64,000 nucleotides of DNA from Gemmatimonadota bacterium (lineage in GTDB: Bacteria > Gemmatimonadota > Gemmatimonadetes > Gemmatimonadales > Gemmatimonadaceae), in contig JAZJZK010000005.1 of NCBI GenBank assembly GCA_040389905.1, forward strand, positions 128,001 through 192,000. The letters are read 5' to 3'. The notes below the pieces were generated by a model, which searched no databases, had not been told where the DNA came from, and saw only the letters and a program-made list of their open reading frames with translations. The translations under genes and the position numbers were made by a program. This document shows, in pieces, positions 59,089 to 64,000 of the stretch (position 1 is its first letter; every line of letters begins with the position of its first letter).

Positions 59089-60027
59089 ATGCGTCGTTCG
59101 ATTCGATTTGCGTTTCTCTTGCTGCCCGCCGTTCTCGCCGGAACCATGAATGCCCAAACCAGCGGAGCGCCACCTGCCGCAGAGCTTCAAAGCGCCGCCG
59201 CTGCCTTCTCCGCCGGCCGGTGGGCCGACGCCAACATGCAATACGAGTCGTTAGCCAAGCGCTTTCCCCAGCATCCACTCTCGCGCTTTCGCCTCGGTGT
59301 GACCCTCACGGAACTCGGACGGGCGGCCGAGGGCGAAGTCGCCCTCCGCGAGGGAGAACGACTTGGTGTGCCGGCGCCGCAGGCCGCCTATCGTCTCGCC
59401 GAGTCCCTAGCGGAGCAGAAAAAACTCGACGCGGCGATCGCCGAACTCCGCCGGTCGGCCGCTGCCGGGTTCTTCGTTCCCAACGCCACGCTCACTGGGA
59501 ACCCGCACTTTGCCCGACTCGTCACACACGCCGGGTGGCAGGGCGCATTGGATGCGTTCGATGCCATTGTCCAGCCGTGCAAGCACGACACGCGTTTTCG
59601 CGAGTTCGACTTCTGGGTCGGCGATTGGGATGTGCGTCCGACGGGCGCACCGGCGGTCGGTCCGGCATCCCGGAACCGGATCACGCTCGAGGAAAGCTCG
59701 TGCGTCGTGATGGAACATTGGGAAGGTCTCGGCGGCTCGACGGGGCAGAGCTTCAACCTCTTCGATCGGTCGATGGGGAAGTGGCGACAGACGTGGGTGG
59801 ACAACACCGCCGGCCAGCACGAATACGCAGGGTCGCTCGTGGACGGCAACATGGTGATGGAGGGCACCACGCCGGCAGCAAGCGGCCAGCTCGGCCGCGT
59901 CCCGACCAGACTCACGCTCTTCCATATCTCGAAGGACAGCGTGCGGCAGCTCTTCCAGACGTCACCGGACAGCGGGCGGACGTGGACACCGACGACGGAC
60001 CTGATGTACGTGCGCCGGAAGCCCTGA
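59089..60027 (+). CDS. Secreted protein with TPR-like N-terminus and DUF1579-like beta domain
   Basis: Signal peptide; helical repeats; FDFWVGDW, WRQTWVD. Confidence 0.75.
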   Translation: MRRSIRFAFLLLPAVLAGTMNAQTSGAPPAAELQSAAAAFSAGRWADANMQYESLAKRFPQHPLSRFRLGVTLTELGRAAEGEVALREGERLGVPAPQAAYRLAESLAEQKKLDAAIAELRRSAAAGFFVPNATLTGNPHFARLVTHAGWQGALDAFDAIVQPCKHDTRFREFDFWVGDWDVRPTGAPAVGPASRNRITLEESSCVVMEHWEGLGGSTGQSFNLFDRSMGKWRQTWVDNTAGQHEYAGSLVDGNMVMEGTTPAASGQLGRVPTRLTLFHISKDSVRQLFQTSPDSGRTWTPTTDLMYVRRKP

Positions 60028-60101
60028 CGACTCCTGGCGCGCGGGATCACGCGCCGCCGGCTTCTTCCGTAGCTTTGTTGCTACGCCCAACGGAGCCGTT
60101 C

Positions 60102-62216
60102 ATGCGTCGCACCACCCTCGTGCTGTCCGCCGCGATCACACTGGTCGCCACCCGAGTCTCTGCCCAGGAAAAGGAAGACCGCACCCTGCTCAACTGGGAC
60201 CAGATGCGCGCGATCATCATGGAAGCATCGGGTGAACGCGCCATGCATCACGTCCTCGAATTCGTTCCGTATCAACGCGTGCGGCCCGCGTCGGAATACA
60301 CGACGGGGCCGTTTCGTGAGAGCAGCGTCACCGCGTCCTACGCGAAAGAGTACGGTTTCTCGACGGTCGAGATCGAGAGATTTCCCAGTGGACCGCTCTG
60401 GCAACCGACCAAGGGACAGCTGTGGGTGTCCGAACGCCTGGGCCCCAGAAAGATTCACGACATCTACGACACGCCCGTCGCACTCGGCGGCAATACGCCG
60501 TCCGGCGACATCTCGGGTGACCTCATCGACGTGGGCAACGGTGGCCGGCCTGAGGACTACGCGGGCAAAGATGTAAAGGGGAAGGTCGTGCTTGGGAGCG
60601 CAGGACTGAACGTCCTTCAGCGACTGGCCGTGTTCGAGCGCGGAGCGGTGGGCGTACTGTCGTGGAGCTCGATGCGCCCCATCGAGAAGCCCGACATCAT
60701 GATCTCGTCGTCGATTGCCGGCACGAATCCGAACGGTGGAAGCGTCGGTTTTGGTTGGATGGTGACGACGCGAGTCGCGCGCGACCTCGCGGTGCGCCTC
60801 GAGCGTGGCGAGAAGGTGGCGGTGCGTTCAGTCGTCGAGGCGCAAACGTACCCAGGCCGTCAGGAGGTCATCCACGCGACGATCGCCGGTGATGGCAGCA
60901 CCAATCAGGACGTTGTGGTTTCCGCGCACATCTTCGAGGGACTCATCAAGCAGGGCGCGAATGACGATAACTCAGGCGCCGCGCACATTCTCGAAATGGG
61001 GCGCGCGTACATCGCCCTGGTGAAAGCGGGGCAACTGCCAAAGCCGAAGCGCACGATCCATTTCCTTTTCGTGCAGGAGATCAGCGGAACGAACGCGTGG
61101 CTCAATGCGCATCCGGACATCGCGAAACGCGCCATCGCGGACCTCAACTACGACATGGAAGGCCTTCGTCTCACGGCGAGCGGCGCGACATGGCTGCTCA
61201 TGCGCACGCCGGATTCCTTTCCTTCCTTTCTCAACGACATCTGCCAGAACTTCCTCGAGTTCGTTGCGGAAATTACACGGGAGCGCGTGCGCTATCGGGC
61301 GAACGGCTACGCGCCAGCCCTGGATGTGCTCTCGCCGAATGGGAGTCGCGACGCGTTCTACATCAAGGTGGACAAGTACTATGGTGCGAGTGACCACGCG
61401 ACATACATGCAGCACGGGATTCCGGCGGTGATCTTCAACACGTGGCCCGATCTGTGGTACCACTCGTCAGCGGACACGCCCGACAAACTGGATCCGACGC
61501 AATTCAAGCGCGCAGCGGTGGTGAGCATCGGTGCGATGGCGGTTCTCGCGACCGCAGACGACCCCATGGCGGTCCGTGTGGTCGCGGATGTCGTCGGGCG
61601 TGGCGCGGAACGCATGACCGCGAACCAGCGCAAAGGGCTGGGCTACATCGGAGACGTGACGGACGCGGCGCAGCTTCCGCAGGCATATACCGACGCGAAG
61701 GTCGCGGTTCGGCATCAGGCGAATATCGAAAAGGCCGTCGTCAAGTCCGCGAGTGTGCTCTTTGCGAATCCAGCTGACGCGGAGAAGCGGCTTGTTGCCA
61801 CGTATCATCCGCTGATCGATGCGCGTGCCGGCGCATTGCTCGCCGAGTTGAAGGCGACGTACGCGCTCGCGGCGTCTACCTGGAAGGTGCCCGCCACGGA
61901 ACCGGCGCAATCCGAACTCGAGAAGCAGGCAGCGCGAACGACGGTTGAGCGCGTCGCGCAGGCGGCAGGTGCCGGCGGACGCGGTGCTGGGCCCGGCGGT
62001 GGCGGCCGAGGTCGTGGCGGTATGACGTCGCGCATTCCCGGTCACATGAGTGGAGAGCTGAACGCGGTGCTCGGCCGAGGCGCAACGGTGCTCGAGATTC
62101 GCGATTTCATTTCTGGAGAGTTCGAGCCGGTGCCCCTTCAGGATGTGTGGGACTATGTGAAGGCGCTCGAAGCTCAAGGCTCGGTGAAGTTGACAGTCAA
62201 GCCGGCGGGCAAGTGA
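60102..62216 (+). CDS. M28-like peptidase with PA domain, variant metal motifs
   Basis: SD GGAG; signal peptide; SAH, GANDDNSG, QE, YDM, SDH, YHSSAD. Confidence 0.82.
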   Translation: MRRTTLVLSAAITLVATRVSAQEKEDRTLLNWDQMRAIIMEASGERAMHHVLEFVPYQRVRPASEYTTGPFRESSVTASYAKEYGFSTVEIERFPSGPLWQPTKGQLWVSERLGPRKIHDIYDTPVALGGNTPSGDISGDLIDVGNGGRPEDYAGKDVKGKVVLGSAGLNVLQRLAVFERGAVGVLSWSSMRPIEKPDIMISSSIAGTNPNGGSVGFGWMVTTRVARDLAVRLERGEKVAVRSVVEAQTYPGRQEVIHATIAGDGSTNQDVVVSAHIFEGLIKQGANDDNSGAAHILEMGRAYIALVKAGQLPKPKRTIHFLFVQEISGTNAWLNAHPDIAKRAIADLNYDMEGLRLTASGATWLLMRTPDSFPSFLNDICQNFLEFVAEITRERVRYRANGYAPALDVLSPNGSRDAFYIKVDKYYGASDHATYMQHGIPAVIFNTWPDLWYHSSADTPDKLDPTQFKRAAVVSIGAMAVLATADDPMAVRVVADVVGRGAERMTANQRKGLGYIGDVTDAAQLPQAYTDAKVAVRHQANIEKAVVKSASVLFANPADAEKRLVATYHPLIDARAGALLAELKATYALAASTWKVPATEPAQSELEKQAARTTVERVAQAAGAGGRGAGPGGGGRGRGGMTSRIPGHMSGELNAVLGRGATVLEIRDFISGEFEPVPLQDVWDYVKALEAQGSVKLTVKPAGK

Positions 62217-62689
62217 GCCGCCGCCTCGTTCGCGCCGGTTTGCTCACAGGTGTGATCGATGGGCTGTGGGCTGTGGTGTTGACACATCTCTACGGAGGTG
62301 AGCAGATCAAGCTCTGGCAGCGCATTGCCGCGACGGCATTCGGCGATTCGATGTACAACGGAGGGGTCAAGACGGCAGCGCTCGGTCTCCTCATGCACTT
62401 CACTGTGGCGTTCACCTGGTCCGCGATTCTTCTGCTGCTGATCACACGCTCGCGCTGGTTGCAGCAGGTGCTTGACTCTCCGCTCGGCGTGCTGAAGATC
62501 GCAATGGTGTACGGGCCCTTGATCTGGCTGGTGATGTCACTGATCGTCGTTCCGATCCTCACCCACAAGCCCTTTACCGTAGACGGCGTGACGGCAACAT
62601 TCACCTATCGGTGGTTCATCCAGGCGGCGGGGCACATCGCCTTCGTTGGCGCGCCGATGGCGTGGGCCCTTCGCAAAGGAACGACATGA
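62213..62689 (+). CDS. Integral membrane protein
   Basis: About four hydrophobic helices with intramembrane His; 4-nt overlaps with both neighbours. Confidence 0.78.
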   Translation: MSRRLVRAGLLTGVIDGLWAVVLTHLYGGEQIKLWQRIAATAFGDSMYNGGVKTAALGLLMHFTVAFTWSAILLLLITRSRWLQQVLDSPLGVLKIAMVYGPLIWLVMSLIVVPILTHKPFTVDGVTATFTYRWFIQAAGHIAFVGAPMAWALRKGTT

Positions 62690-63708
62690 AAACGACACTT
62701 CGATATTCGGTGTTACTCGCATCGGCAGTGGCTGCGGCGAGCGTGCACGCGCAGACCGTACATCAACTGCCCGCGACGCCCACGACCGTGGCCTATGGCT
62801 ACTACTGGTCAGAAGCGAAACCGGCACTCCGGATCAAGTCCGGCGACATGGTCGATATCGAGACGATGCTGACCAACTCGCCGGCGGGCCTCGAGCGAAT
62901 GGGCGTCAAGCCTGCGGACGTGCCGCAGAACCTGCGAGACATTGTCACACAGGATACCGGCTCGCTCAAAGGGCCCGGCGGTCACATCCTCACAGGGCCG
63001 ATCTTCGTGGAGGGAGCCGACTCGGGGGATGTGCTCGAAGTCCGTATCCAGTCGATCACGCTGCCGATCGCGTACGGCTATAACGGCTGCAGCGGTTTCG
63101 TTCGTGAGCTGTGTCAGGTGCGTGGCAGCTCGCTGATTCAGATGGATCGCCAGAAGATGACGGCGGAGATCGTCCCCGGCATGGTTGTGCCACTCCGGCC
63201 ATTCTGGGGCTCCATCGGCGTGGCCCCGGCAGCAGCACTTGGCCGTGTGAGCAGCAACCCGCCGAGTCGACATGCCGGCAACATGGATAACAAGGAACTC
63301 GTCGCAGGTACGACGTTGTATGTCCCCGTCTTCGTGAAGGGCGCGTTGCTCGAGCTCGGCGATGGTCATGCCGTGCAAGGAGACGGCGAGGTGGATCAGA
63401 CCGGACTCGAGACGAATTTGAAAGGCCGAATTCAAGTCGTCGTTCGCAAGGACATGAAGCTCGACTGGCCGCGCATCGAGACACCGACGCACTGGATCAC
63501 GATGGGGACCGATACGTCTCTCGTCGTCGCAACGAAGACGGCGATCGTCGAGATGGTCAAGCTGCTTCAGGAGAAGAAGGGCATTACCCAGACACAGGCC
63601 TATCAAGCCGCGTCGATGGCGGCCGATCTTCGCATCACGGAGCTGGTGGATTTCAACGTCGGCGTGCACATGATGATTGCCAAGTCATACCTGCTCCCGG
63701 TGAAGTGA
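62686..63708 (+). CDS. Acetamidase/formamidase family protein with signal peptide
   Basis: GHILTGPI, AGNMD, GDGHAVQGDGEV. Confidence 0.9.
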   Translation: MKTTLRYSVLLASAVAAASVHAQTVHQLPATPTTVAYGYYWSEAKPALRIKSGDMVDIETMLTNSPAGLERMGVKPADVPQNLRDIVTQDTGSLKGPGGHILTGPIFVEGADSGDVLEVRIQSITLPIAYGYNGCSGFVRELCQVRGSSLIQMDRQKMTAEIVPGMVVPLRPFWGSIGVAPAAALGRVSSNPPSRHAGNMDNKELVAGTTLYVPVFVKGALLELGDGHAVQGDGEVDQTGLETNLKGRIQVVVRKDMKLDWPRIETPTHWITMGTDTSLVVATKTAIVEMVKLLQEKKGITQTQAYQAASMAADLRITELVDFNVGVHMMIAKSYLLPVK

Positions 63709-64000
63709 TGACTCGGATCATCCCGCGTAGAGAGTTTCTTGCTCAGTCCGGAAGTTGCGCTGCGCATCTCGCGCTTGCCGCCATGGCGATGCCGGTTGGC
63801 CTGCGCCGAGCATGGGCATCCTCACCACTCGGCGGCATGGCTGCGCGCGAACCGTTTGGGAGCCTCGAGAAGGTTGCGGATGGGGTGTGGGCGCTCATTT
63901 CGACTCCACTCTCAGGTGATCGCACGACACTCTCGAATGGCGGAATCATTGCCGGCCGGAATGGCGTGCTCGCCATCGAGGGATTCAACCAACCGCAGGG
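63708..64000 (+). CDS. Tat-exported metallo-beta-lactamase-fold protein, 5' part (runs off the window)
   Basis: Own translation: MTRIIPRREFL...KVADGVWAL...SNGGIIAGRNGVLAIE; start overlaps the previous stop. Confidence 0.65.
   Translation, partial: MTRIIPRREFLAQSGSCAAHLALAAMAMPVGLRRAWASSPLGGMAAREPFGSLEKVADGVWALISTPLSGDRTTLSNGGIIAGRNGVLAIEGFNQPQ

Noticed and set aside
57740..59149. 469-aa plus-strand ORF and 338-aa minus-strand ORF over the AraC gene
   Set aside because: Alternative frames without motifs; the AraC frame explains the region
58962..60101. N-terminal extension making a 1084-aa ORF (similarly starts at 42320, 45703, 54658, 33797, 12206, 13927)
   Set aside because: The extensions overlap other genes and are Arg-rich noise; downstream starts have an SD, a signal peptide or a -10 element

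Overview
High-GC bacterial chromosomal window. The gene repertoire (ADOP permease with PadR, TolB-amidohydrolase fusion, many GAF/PAS histidine kinases, GGRGG-rich secreted enzymes) suggests Gemmatimonadota or Acidobacteriota; this is inference only. It holds about 54 credible CDSs: a signalling cluster at 1-10.6 kb, an ArsR-SRPBCC-DUF1801 operon, sucA, a PIG-L deacetylase, ndh, a hybrid kinase with an ANTAR regulator, a BMP-type nucleoside ABC transporter divergent from nadB-(REC)-nadA-nadC, a NarX/NarL-type pair, vapBC, PadR-ADOP and several secreted hydrolases. I found no tRNA, rRNA, CRISPR array, transposase or integrase. The most notable observations are: (1) a three-gene envelope-spanning module of a DcaP-like porin, a secreted type-1-copper (amicyanin-loop) protein and a membrane Cache-HAMP Ser/Thr kinase; (2) several interspersed palindromic repeat families, including one site where a single orphan gene is enclosed by 41-bp inverted arms and inverted heptamer arrays; (3) a 194-nt rod-like hairpin upstream of the kinase/ANTAR operon; (4) an ACT-DUF5612 protein of a family I know mainly from archaea. 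All product calls come from motif recognition without database searches.
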